Below are positions 41,082 to 51,733 of a DNA stretch of 64,000 nucleotides, one piece after another. Location of the stretch: positions 16,926,001 through 16,990,000 of the forward strand of contig OZ365113.1 in NCBI GenBank assembly GCA_977030845.1, read 5' to 3'. Made by a program: the position numbers and the translations under genes. The stretch comes from Fimbriosthenelais zetlandica. Lineage: Eukaryota. Below the pieces are notes generated by a model. That model did not search any database and was not told where the DNA came from. It saw only the letters and a list, made by a program, of their open reading frames with translations. Position 1 is the stretch's first letter, and each line of letters starts with the position of its first letter.

Positions 41082-43298
41082 ATGTCTTCACGAGAGAGGA
41101 TGTTATTCTTCCCACCACAGCTGTGTTTTAACAACTGTGCCGCTTTGATGAGGATCATCATGGGAGGCTGGTGGTGGCTTTTATTATGGGCAGGCTTAAC
41201 ATCCACATTACCAAAGGTGAAAGGTGAGCTAGGCGAACTCATCCCGTGGAATGCCACTTGTCCCATTAAGTGTATTTGCAGTATAAGGACCTCTGATGTA
41301 TTGCCTGATAGACATGCTCTGTACAGGACAGCTGACTGTACTAATAGAAAGCTTCAATCCTTGCCATCAAACATGCCTCATGATACAGAGGTGCTCTTAT
41401 TAAGGGGGAATGGTATCATGGCTTTTCACGAGCATCTCCCGTTCCTGGACCATCTCAGACAGGTTGACTTATCACATAACAATATTGGTACACTAGGCAT
41501 CCACCCTACCTTTGAGAACCTCACCCACATGCTGAGTCTTAACCTCGGCTATAATCAGCTCAGAGCTTTATTGCATGAAACTTTCAGAGGTCTGACAGGC
41601 CTGAGGGAGCTAAGGCTCAGACATAACCACATTCACTCCATAGAGGACCATAGTTTTGATGGCCTTAAGTCCCTGGAAGTGCTCGATCTTACAGGCAATG
41701 AGCTGCTCTCAGTGAGCCAACACTGGTTCGAGGCACTCCCGAACTTACAAGAGCTCATACTTGACGACAACCGTATAAAAACGTTGATTAACAGTCCATT
41801 CCAACCGTTAAAAAAACTCTCCAAGCTTTCGCTCCGGGCAAACTTTTTGCAAGGTCTAGACAAAGCCACATTCAGAGGTCTTGAATCCTTACAGATATTG
41901 GACATGAATTATAACAGGTTTGAAAAAGTTCCTTCAAGAGCTTTCACAATATTCAAAAGGCTCAAGTTCCTATCTTTAGATGGTAATCCAGTTGATTCTT
42001 TAGATGGCAGGGATTTCCATGATTTTGCTGTAAGTGAAATAAGCATGAATTTCCTCCCGGACTTGGAGCTGGTGGACAGGGAATCATTCTCTAATCTCCC
42101 AGAGTTGACAACCCTCCAACTTCATGACAACCCTAGGCTGGCTTTCATCGATGTCGAGGCCTTTGTCAACCTCCCTAAGCTGAAGACTTTGTATGTCCAT
42201 AACAACCATCTCCAGGCTCTACCGCAGAGCCTGCTGGAATCCCTGCCAAGCTTGAAGATGGTGTCTTTCTATAACAACCCCATCCGCTGTGACTGCAACA
42301 GCTACTTTATCAAGCTGCTGATCAACAACACCCAATTACCTGACACTTCCATCCATTTCTTAAAACCCACCAAACTCAAGTGTGATTCCCCTCCAGCACT
42401 TAGCAACCAGCTCCTGCAGGATGTGGCACTGGAGGACTTGCCAGTGACCTGTCCCCCAACAGCAGTCCCCTTCTTCAATGATAGCTACCAACGAGAGCTC
42501 GGTGACTCGATCAAGTATGAGTGTCGAGCGATAGGCGTCACCCAGCCCCATATTCACTGGATTCTTTCTAATGGAAAGGCTGTGAATAACACTTCCAACT
42601 TCAGTCGGGTGAGGCTCAGTGCTAAAGGTAGTCTGGAAATCCAGCATCTGAAACCAATAGATGCAGGCACGTACACATGTGTCGCCACTGACGAGTATGG
42701 TTACGACACAATATCAACAGTGCTTCGCATACACAGCAGCAACATTCATATTTTACACAAAGGGGTGGCAACCAACTTCATTACGGTTACCTGGAATGGA
42801 ACAGACTCGACGATAAGTACCAGTGATTATCTCATAATGTATCGAGAACATGGGTCAGAAGACGACTATAGCATGATACATCTAAAGCCTTATATGAGAG
42901 CTTACACCATCACGAACCTACTACCAGAGACAACTTACGAGTTCTGTATAGCCTACGAACACATGGAGCAGATAGCTAAGCTCCACTGTACTGACATTAA
43001 AACCAAGCATAGGATGTACGTGATGGCTGGCATAAAGACAGTAGGCAATATGGCAGTTGTCATCCCAGTGACAGTCACGCTATCATTTATCGTCTTATTC
43101 TGTGTCGGGGTCACAGCGATGAAACGCTGGCGCCGGAGAAAAGCTTATAAGGAACCTGAGGGGGTCACAATAACTCCTAATGCAGGTGCCCCTAAGATGG
43201 GAAACATGTCTCAGATTCCTTTAGATAATCTTTACCATCCACCATCTACACCCATCTGTACTTCGCGTACGTCGCTCATTGGACACAGCAATGCATGA
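41082..43298 (+). CDS. LRRN: Leucine-rich repeat neuronal protein (LRRN/NLRR family): signal peptide, LRRNT, ~13 LRRs, LRRCT, Ig, FN3, TM, cytoplasmic tail; single coding exon; nested antisense in an IMMP2L intron
   Basis: Open ORF to TGA at 43298. First ATG is 41082 (the track start 41076 is GTG); the likely start is ATG 41148 or 41160, just before the hydrophobic WWWLLLWAGL signal. Motifs: LRRNT CPIKCIC...ADC, repeated LxxLxLxxN, LRRCT NPIRCDC, Ig ECRAIG...HW...DAGTYTCVA, FN3 ITVTWN...LLPETTYEFC, TM VVIPVTVTLSFIVLFCVGVTAM followed by KRWRRRK, tail LDNLYHPP (cf. vertebrate LRRN LNELYPP). Confidence 0.92.
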   Translation: MSSRERMLFFPPQLCFNNCAALMRIIMGGWWWLLLWAGLTSTLPKVKGELGELIPWNATCPIKCICSIRTSDVLPDRHALYRTADCTNRKLQSLPSNMPHDTEVLLLRGNGIMAFHEHLPFLDHLRQVDLSHNNIGTLGIHPTFENLTHMLSLNLGYNQLRALLHETFRGLTGLRELRLRHNHIHSIEDHSFDGLKSLEVLDLTGNELLSVSQHWFEALPNLQELILDDNRIKTLINSPFQPLKKLSKLSLRANFLQGLDKATFRGLESLQILDMNYNRFEKVPSRAFTIFKRLKFLSLDGNPVDSLDGRDFHDFAVSEISMNFLPDLELVDRESFSNLPELTTLQLHDNPRLAFIDVEAFVNLPKLKTLYVHNNHLQALPQSLLESLPSLKMVSFYNNPIRCDCNSYFIKLLINNTQLPDTSIHFLKPTKLKCDSPPALSNQLLQDVALEDLPVTCPPTAVPFFNDSYQRELGDSIKYECRAIGVTQPHIHWILSNGKAVNNTSNFSRVRLSAKGSLEIQHLKPIDAGTYTCVATDEYGYDTISTVLRIHSSNIHILHKGVATNFITVTWNGTDSTISTSDYLIMYREHGSEDDYSMIHLKPYMRAYTITNLLPETTYEFCIAYEHMEQIAKLHCTDIKTKHRMYVMAGIKTVGNMAVVIPVTVTLSFIVLFCVGVTAMKRWRRRKAYKEPEGVTITPNAGAPKMGNMSQIPLDNLYHPPSTPICTSRTSLIGHSNA

Positions 43299-44366
43299 CC
43301 CACGTTGGACCCCTCCGCTGCATCTGGAGAGGTCGATTATGAAGCCGTGAATTAAAGAAAAAGACACATATTGTACACTCCCTGTGTTGATATAGCAAAG
43401 TAAGGGAGATGTACGAAGTGAATTACCAATGTGATATTACACTGTAGTTAGATTAGCAAGCAATGGTTCTGAATCAGAAGAAAGCTATGTGATTGCTTGT
43501 CACATTTAAATTATAACTTAGCAATAGTGAAAGATAACACTAATTCTATCTCACTCTATTCATTTCCAGCTCACATCAATTCCCTTAATAAATCATGACA
43601 ATTCAATATAGTCTACTGGTACTTAAAGAATTCATCCATCATAAATGAGGTTGGTTCCTATTCCATCCAATCTGTACAGCAGTTCATCTTCAGAATGAAG
43701 AATCTTGTCTCAATGCTTGTAGAGCAGTATTTTCAGTATGATGTATATAAACCCAGATTATTCAATCGTTTCAAAATTATGCAATGACTAATTGGAAAAC
43801 GTGTGTATATATTTGGCTGCAATCTATATATCAAGTTGTATTCAAAATGGAACTAAAACCGCTAGGAAATAGGGGTAAAAAATATACTGGACCACGGCGC
43901 GTGTGGAACCAAAAGATCCCCTACTATTTCCACTTCATGAAAAATGATGGTGATATATACCCTAATGAAATCAATCACCTTTTCAACACAATTCTGTTAA
44001 ACTAAATTCAAACTCTATAGATTTATGTAAATGTGAATACAAGAGTGTCTTCATCAAAGCCTAACTTGTACATATGTCAGGGTATTGAATTAACCGTACA
44101 TGGAACCGCATGTGGACCGCATATCATGAACCATGATATGATTTGAGTGTACATTTCTGAACGTGTATATATACAACTATATATATATAATATAAGCACA
44201 GCATTATAATGTACATGTAGCCTCAAGTTCTTAGAAGTATACAACTTCAAAGCTCTATATTTTCTTTGTCCAAAATCTGTCTCGGTGAGACTAGATGTCT
44301 AGATAAAAAGATAATCTAGTTAACTGCTATCATGTACAATTAATAAAGCACACTGAATTGTGCGCC

Positions 44367-44625
44367 ATGAAAATGTGACAATAAAAAGTATCTGCCTACG
44401 TCAAATTTGCTCCTCCAATAATGAGTTTACATTTGTGACAATCTAGTTATTGTGTAAAAATAAAGTGATAACACCAAGATGTATGTAACAAGATGAAAAT
44501 GTGACATTAAAAATGATATACCTACGTCACCTCCGTGTTTCAATTAATGACTTTATATTACAATTTTCCCCAGAATGGGAAATTAGAGTTTTTTTGGGGG
44601 AAATTAGAGCTTTTGGGAAAAGTAA
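44367..44625 (+). repeat. Short local duplications: ~45-bp imperfect direct repeat (period 126) and GGGAAATTAGAG x2 plus a partial third copy
   Basis: ATGAAAATGTGACA...CCTACGTCA occurs at 44367-44403 and 44493-44529; GGGAAATTAGAG occurs at 44577 and 44598, with GGGAAAAG at ~44615. Confidence 0.7.
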
Positions 44626-44899
44626 CAAAGAAATAATTTCGCTAGATGGCACCAGCTTACACGCCATTTAGCCACAGACAGTTATATTGGATACCACAAG
44701 AGGGCTCAATGTACCACGTGTAATAAGGAAACAGAACTGGATACTTTCCCACATGCACCAATATGGTGTAGTTATTATTTCCTTTGGATATACGCTTCCT
44801 ATTCCCAATACAGAGACTCAACTACTACAAAACTGCATCAACATTCTGGGCTACTCTGGAATTAATAGACCTGTGTATTATAATTAAATATTTACTTAC

Positions 44900-45003
44900 G
44901 CTAAAGAGACGACCTCTCCACGCTCAAATTTGTAGTCTCTGATGCTCCAACGATCCAGCAAGACATAGTCAACTCCTTTCTGGACATCAGGGTTTAGAGC
45001 AGG
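44900..45003 (-). CDS. IMMP2L: IMMP2L second coding exon (104 nt)
   Basis: attccag|PALNPDVQKGVDYVLLDRWSIRDYKFERGEVVSL GC|gtaagt matches IMMP2L PSLNP...DVVLLNHW...RGDIVSLV. Phase 0 in, phase 2 out; joins in frame with 48868-48978. I did not find the downstream exons (IKRVIALEGD, WVEGD) in the window. Confidence 0.9.
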
Positions 45004-46337
45004 CTGGAATAAAATCAGTGAAATCAAAATGAAATAAAAATGTATATTATAATTAACTCATCGTCAATTTTAGGTGAGCGCTTCTAATTAAGATTTGCAC
45101 TAATTGCTATAATATTATTTTAGGGAGAGCAGACTTTAACTGCTACAATGTTCTCGTGTAATGCAATGTTATGCTGCAATTATTTGAGTTGTTGGAAATA
45201 CCCTTGAATTATAAAACATCTGTATACATGATCCTGAATAGGTTTGACATGAATCAGACATGCCTGTGTTCCGCTCCACTTGGCAGGCTTAGCAAGGCCA
45301 TTACTTAGCAACTCTCCGTTGGCCAACACTTGGCAGGTAAGTGGTTTTACCCCTTACCCCACCACCACGAACCAAGCCCCCGACATGGTTATATGAATTA
45401 ATGCCTTCCAGAGGCATGTCTTCTAAGAACCATGAATCAGAGGCCTTATATTATCTCATACGGTGTTTGTATGAACACACCTATCTTTTATTGTGTACAG
45501 TGGACTGGGCTACCGGATCTCATAGGTCTACATGGTTTAATAACAGATCAGTTATATTCTATTATAAGACGCCAAGTTAGACAAATGTTGAGAATATTTC
45601 TTCTTGTATACTCAAAATTGGGGTAGAATTGACAATAGTGAATACGGGTCCCCCTTCATTCTCACTACCACACCAACCACACACCCTCGTCTCTCCACAT
45701 CATGGGTCCCCGTCCTGTCCCCATTGCTTTTATGACCTCGACCTCTTTCAAATCGGAGCACTCTATTTAAGTTATACCACCCGAGCATTAAGTGACATAC
45801 TCAACCCGATAGAATGTGGGTAGGGCGAAGGAGCAGGGGGTGTGGGGGCTTGCCCCCACATTATAAAGAAAGAAGGAATAATATAATTAAACCAAAATTG
45901 TTAGGAAGTGAATGAATGAATGTATTTATCATTTTTGAAAATAAGATATTTCTATTATTAGGTAGCTGGAGCACACAGCCTAAAATAAACAAATATGCCT
46001 TTTGCATGGGAGGAAAGTCATCATTGGGGTATGGGGGTTGGGGGGAATTAACTGTGGGTTTAGCAACTGAAATGGTGGTTTTACCCGCTTGTGTCTATAC
46101 ATAATATAACATAGATTATATCCTGGAACTCGTGGAAGGATCTGGGCAATCCCCACCATGATCAAACCGGTGATCATATTAGAAAGATTGACCTACTGTT
46201 TTCCATCCTGTTTAGCATTCATTCATTCAGTATTCATTCACCTGCACGAGGGTTCGACTTCTATCTTATTTAAAGTACACTGACAGAACTTTTATTCCAG
46301 CAAATCACCTTGTACTCACATCTGTGAATCCATCACT

Positions 46338-48501
46338 ATGGGTCAGGAATGGTCTCGGCGTGTTGCAGGTGACTGCCCAGAGAGGATCTACACACCAGCT
46401 GAGACAATACACTTTATCAGAGTGAGTGAATGAAACCCAAGCTGTTTTAAATGTTGCTAAGGAATGTGAATAATTTCAGACGTTTTATTTGAATTATATC
46501 GCGTGTAGATTCTGAGCCAAGTTGAAAAATGATTTTGATTAATATTCCAGGAGTTGATGAAGCTTGATCAGCAGTATACCCAGTGTGTAGAAAATGGTGT
46601 TTATAGTTTTCTCGCATTCCGCATGGCTGATATGGGTAAATCAGAAGAGGTACGTCAGGCAGTGTCAAACCCAGAATATGTAAGGATGGCTGGGAGCTGT
46701 GCTGAGGGTGCAGCCATCTGTCGGTGGTTCAGGACTGGTATTCCTGATATTGAATTGGACATAAACTACCAGGTGAGCTTTTAATGCTTGACAGTCAGCA
46801 TGACAGTACCTACTTGTGAATCATATATATGCTCTTTTATAGCGTTGCCTCACTGAGGTATCAGTTGCATGCACATTACATGATTCCTCGCCCAGTCACA
46901 TTATCCTGACACCAGGCCGACCATTCACAGCACTGTCCCGTTAATGCCAAGTGAGGGAGCTACTAACTAATTTTTAGGTCTAAGTCTTTGGTTGTAATTT
47001 GAACTGTGATTGCTTTCTACCTGTACCAGAAATCTTGCCTATAGGCTAGGCCTACCCCTTTAGGTCTCATCATTTTGACTCTCTACTTCATTCATAATCC
47101 ATTCATTCAGATCTGTTCCTATTATCATAAACATGTCGATATTTCAGGTAGGAATCATATCTGCCGAGCAGGAAAAAAGGATATTGGAAGAAATTCCTGA
47201 AAAGCCTGGTTTTTTGAAAATCTACAACTCAAGGGAAACTTATGACTGTCTCCATCCACTCCTACGTCGTGCCCGCCCAGAGCTGAGCCAACAGTTCAAT
47301 ACGGGGACTTCTGACCAGACGTTTATCAACACGATCAGCATGCAGGATGATATATCTGCTATTTGGCCACACATGGATGGTGATAACGTTATTGGAAAGA
47401 TTAGTGCACTATTGATGGGTGTGGATGAATCGCTCATTGGTCAAATTCTAAAAGAAGAGGTGGTAGGTCCGTCAAACATGATGGAACTGGTAATCACACT
47501 GCGTGATGAGCCGGCCATTGCCTACTCCGCAGACAGTGTACTCACTCTCAAAGTGGAAAAACCGCCAGATGTCTTTAAACCCAGTCTTGAGAGAATACAG
47601 AAGTTCCTCTCTCCTGCTCTCATGCAAGAGTTACGACAGGCTTATACAGAAATTGTACCTAAGAAATCCCCTGGGGCAACAACAGAGGAGGAATGGAGGA
47701 GGTCCACCACACACCTGGAACATATCCTTATGAAGACTTGGAAGGAAGATGGAAATGACCAGAAAATGGTGTGCTACTTCACATTGAAGTCTCTCTACTA
47801 TCGCTACATCAGAGGTAGTATTTCATTACCATTATCTTAACACATGTCATATCAATTTAACCAAGAAATTCCCTTAATTTGCTGGTGGTGCCTGGTGGCC
47901 CAAAGTTATTTAGCGCATACATGTATCACAATAAGAAGCTTGGTTCAAAATGTTTCCATTCATGGATGGTTCTAGAACAAGTAACAAGGAGTATCTTTCT
48001 GATGCAGGTATAGTCGTGCAGGACAAGTACATTAGTTCCTATGCGGTGAAGACGGAGATGCTTTGGTTGGTGGAGGAGTTACCACCATCTGAATGGACAG
48101 ACGCCAATTTCCTGAAGAATATTAAGCGAGTTTTTCAGCTCCTTCTTGATGACTTGAAGAGAGGAAACATCAAGAATTACTTCATCCCGGAAATGAATGT
48201 CATTGACCACCAGGAGTACTCAGATAAACTCATCAGAGAAGTCATTGTAAAGCTCGAAGAGTTGACAAATCACCTTGAGGCTTTCATGCCATGTGACTTG
48301 GAGAAGATGGTGAAACAGGGTGAAGCGATTGTGTCAGGAATGAATGCCATTTTGATTATCATTAAATATATGAAAACCAAAGCAGATCTCAAACGAAGCC
48401 GCACTCGGCAAGATCCTCTAGCTGGGGCAGCTGAGTTCATACAGATGCTCGATGGAGCAGGGGTCAATGTACCTCACTTTCTCCAAGGTTTCTTCAAGTG
48501 A
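46338..48501 (+). CDS. cGAS-like receptor (cGLR) / Mab-21 family nucleotidyltransferase, 4 coding exons, 488 aa
   Basis: Exons 46338-46421 (MGQEWS...HFIR|gtgagt), 46551-46772 (ttccag|ELMK...INYQ|gtgagc), 47148-47814 (tttcag|VGII...YIR G|gtagta) and 48008-48501 (gatgcag|GT ATA...FFK*). Phases 0/0/1 are consistent; total 1467 nt. Nucleotidyltransferase motifs: GS (46692), E-x-D (46752, 46758) and a third Asp (47532, SADSV). Mab-21 motifs: PGFLKI, WRRSTTHLEHIL, SSYAVKTEMLW, YFIPEMNVI. Confidence 0.88.
46880..47015 (-). mobile_element. Decayed tRNA-derived SINE fragment (antisense) in cGLR intron 2
   Basis: CAGTCACATTATCCTGACACCAGGCCGA...TTAATGCCAAG...AAGTCTTTGGTT resembles, from memory, the antisense strand of SINEs widespread in marine invertebrates. 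The family is not assignable without a search. Confidence 0.4.
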
Positions 48502-48867
48502 ATAAATTAATCAAGCGATGCGAGACCGATGCGGACAAAGGGTGTTGTCTATTGTAGATTTTTCAAGATTTAGCTTAGGTACCGTAATTTGAAGTGATTC
48601 TACATAATTATAGGGCCTACCGATAGCTATCTTTTAAATTCATTCCATATTTTTTTTCTATAATATGGGGTTGAGGGGTTTGCAGGAGGGTGAAGGGTTC
48701 TTTTCCTTAAGGGGGTTCGTGAGAAATGCCACTTTTCTAGAGATAATAAAGGGTTTATAAATGTTGGCCCACCTAATGACATATTAGTTTACTTATTTTT
48801 CTTCAGTTTTAACAAAGACTAAAGGCTAAGCCTGGGATCTACTCAATCAATCAGTGAATCAATTTAC

Positions 48868-48978
48868 CTGCATCGAAGCTCCTTCAACTTTGGCAACGTA
48901 TCCGAAAAGATCGAGGCATGTCACAGTCACAGGGACCACAAAGCCCACAGTACCGACAACTACTCGCCATGTAGTCAT
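48868..48978 (-). CDS. IMMP2L: IMMP2L first coding exon (mitochondrial inner membrane protease subunit 2, peptidase S26)
   Basis: Translates as MTTWRVVVGTVGFVVPVTVTCLDLFGYVAKVEGASMQ|gtaaat, matching IMMP2L VPVAVTFLDRVACVARVEGASMQ including the catalytic Ser. Phase-0 donor. Absent from the ORF track. Confidence 0.9.
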
Positions 48979-49420
48979 ATTAAATATCGGCAAAGTTGCC
49001 TACAACGTTCTTCAGTCTCACTCAACATCCATCAGCCCGCAGCCTGAAATATACAATACATGCATGGTAAATGAATGAATGAAACTGACTCAGTCTCAGA
49101 GAGTGGACGGTGGTGATGACACGTCGGGAAACTGAACAATTTAACTTCAAACTAATGATGACACTTGAATAATATATAGGCCTACTTGGTTCACTTTTTC
49201 TTCTGTTTACTTGGTGCCTTTCATTCAGAAAATACAGGACCCTCCCGGGGCACGCCCACCCCAATGTTTATTGTTATGGCCATGAGGTGGGCCGGTATAC
49301 GCGCGATCAACGACCTCAGTGCTTCAACCAGTACATAAGGTTTAATCTAGGCCTAGCCTATGTCATTTCGAAATTTCTATACAAAAGAATAACACTAAAG
49401 GTACTTAACATGTTACCTAC

Positions 49421-49520
49421 CTCAATCACGACACACGCCGCTGAGTAAATCCGGGGATTTCCTTTTCTTGTCATTCACAGCACGTGTAGTCGACCCAGCC
49501 ACCCGGCAGCCGCCATGACA
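49421..49520 (-). promoter_or_regulatory. Probable IMMP2L non-coding first exon / promoter-proximal CpG-rich segment
   Basis: Minus-strand donor gag|gtaggt at 49421/49420 and candidate acceptor tatttcag| at 49044/49043 ahead of the ATG exon. The segment is locally CpG-rich and has a YY1-like ATGGCGGC on the minus strand at ~49510-49517. The left boundary is read from the donor; the right boundary is approximate. Confidence 0.45.
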
Positions 49521-51733
49521 CCTCGTTAAGCAAATGCAAAATTATCACCATAAATAAATAAATAACGTGTTAATCATTCTTATACAATAGAAAATGATTC
49601 TAATAAATTAGTTTTACATTTAACTACTCATAATGCAGATAATTGTTTAGAAAATACCTGAAAATTACTGTTTTTCATTTACGAGGCAAACGCAGATTCT
49701 GGGGCCAATTGCTGAATTGAAACTAGGTCCATAGACTCAATAAGTGGTGCGGTATAATAAAACCTCCGCCAAAAGAAAGTAGTCTCAGCTTTGGCGCTCT
49801 GATCCCGTGGCTATCTACAGCACTTCATGATAGTCTTAACAAGCAGCTATACTTTATGAATTTCGATTATAAAAATAAATACATAGAACCAAGGATAGGT
49901 GCCCCAAACAAATTTTATTGTGACAATCGATGAATCTCTACAAAGGAGTTGATTCATTTCATCATGAATTCATTATTCAGCAATACCTTAGGCTGAGGTG
50001 AAGCGATGTCATGTTAGTCATATTTAACACATCAAACAAAATATGATTCTTTGCAACTACCGTACACATTAAGCGACAATTTAAATATATCATATGAAAC
50101 AAATACCGGTACCGGTACATACATGTACAGGTACGGTACTATGTAGTCTAGTGAAGCACCATCCATCGGACCAAGAACATTGCCCACATATATCTGTAGG
50201 GTGCACGCCTCTTCCATTATTCCATAAGGGCCTAAGCTTACACTCAAATCAAATTAATTAATTATTTCATTGTTATTATAGATGTATCTGACGTGGACCA
50301 TGGACAAAAATAATTCAAATAATATCGGCGAAAAATACCAACGCCTAATTAAGTAGGCCTACCATTATCACAACCTTCACATACAGGTTACCATATTAAT
50401 TCGCAGAAGTGTTTTCACAATAATCTGACAACACAAAATTGAATATAAATACTCATAGGAAGTACCGATAGACATCAATTTAATTCCTCAAGTTCTATTA
50501 ATTCTGTTCGAAAATAAAAGCTTTATAATTATGACATTCCCAACGTTCTACTGATTATTACCGTTTCGAGCAATTTTTGTCATACGATACTTTAATGCAT
50601 TATAATATGCATCAATATTATATGTAACAATCTTTAAAACTTCGGCAACCTGATACTGCATTTCTCATGCATAATGATGCCAATAATTATGTATGGGCCT
50701 ATAATTTACATATATACACGATCTCAGAACATCGATATTTATCATACTAATTATGATTCATACACACAGGATGAAAGGCTGTGATTCCTGCCACAGGAAA
50801 AGCCCTCGAGATAATAATAGAAATAATTAGTCTCCGAAATGTTTAACGAAAGACAATCTACAACAGACACAGGTCTACGACCAACTAAGTTTTGATTCTG
50901 GGCTTGATCATCAAACTTGTACAGATACAACAAAGAAAAGTGCAACAGTATTTTGACATAAAATACAAATACCAATATTAAGCATGTATGATGTAATGTA
51001 AGAAGTAGTAGAACTAGTCTGCAATTCGGTTTAAAAAACGGCATCCAGATAGAAAATTTAAGCAAAAGAATCTTATGTACAAAAAGCAAATCTGGGTCCT
51101 ATGTAGGGCTACCGGCAACAGGAATATTAAGGAATGTCCCAATTTAATCATTGTATTGTATATTTAAAAAAAATTACATTAAATAAGCAATGCGAAAAAG
51201 AGACAGGTCCCCACTCCATATGCATCAGAGATCATGCATGTAATGTAGTAGAAATACTTTGCGTCGGGAATGTTCAAGTAAAGGGCAAAAAGGACATCCC
51301 TTGATTTCTTCTATGTATATCACAATTATAAGCAACATTTCCAATATTTCTCAAACTATGCATGTTTTTTTTTCTGACGGATCACTACAATTCAACGCTA
51401 TTGCACTTGGTATCAATATTCTAGAATATATATGCATTAACATTCAAGATAGAAAATTCACAGAACTATATTATCACTGAGCTTTATCATTATATCCGTC
51501 TCTAATTTTTAGAGAAAGTAGATGTTACCAGATTCAGGTAGCATCATTTTGGTTACTTGCCACAGCAGTAATTTTTGACAATTTTTGTTAAACCTTCAGG
51601 ATGCTTTGTAATTAGCATCACCATATCTGCTTCTATCATTAAGTTATTATGCCTCAAAAGTAAGACGTCTAACGGAGAAATACTTGAGGCCTCACCCTTG
51701 ACGCTAAGTCTTTATGACTGTCTCTCTGAATTT

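Noticed and set aside
41633-42647. Minus-strand ORFs 41633-41905 and 42360-42647
   Set aside because: These are antisense shadows of the LRRN coding exon with no recognisable motifs.
47950-48007. ORF-track start MFPFMDGSRTSNKEYLSDA as a separate gene or exon start
   Set aside because: Only the acceptor at 48007/48008 is in phase with the donor at 47814, so this stretch is intronic.
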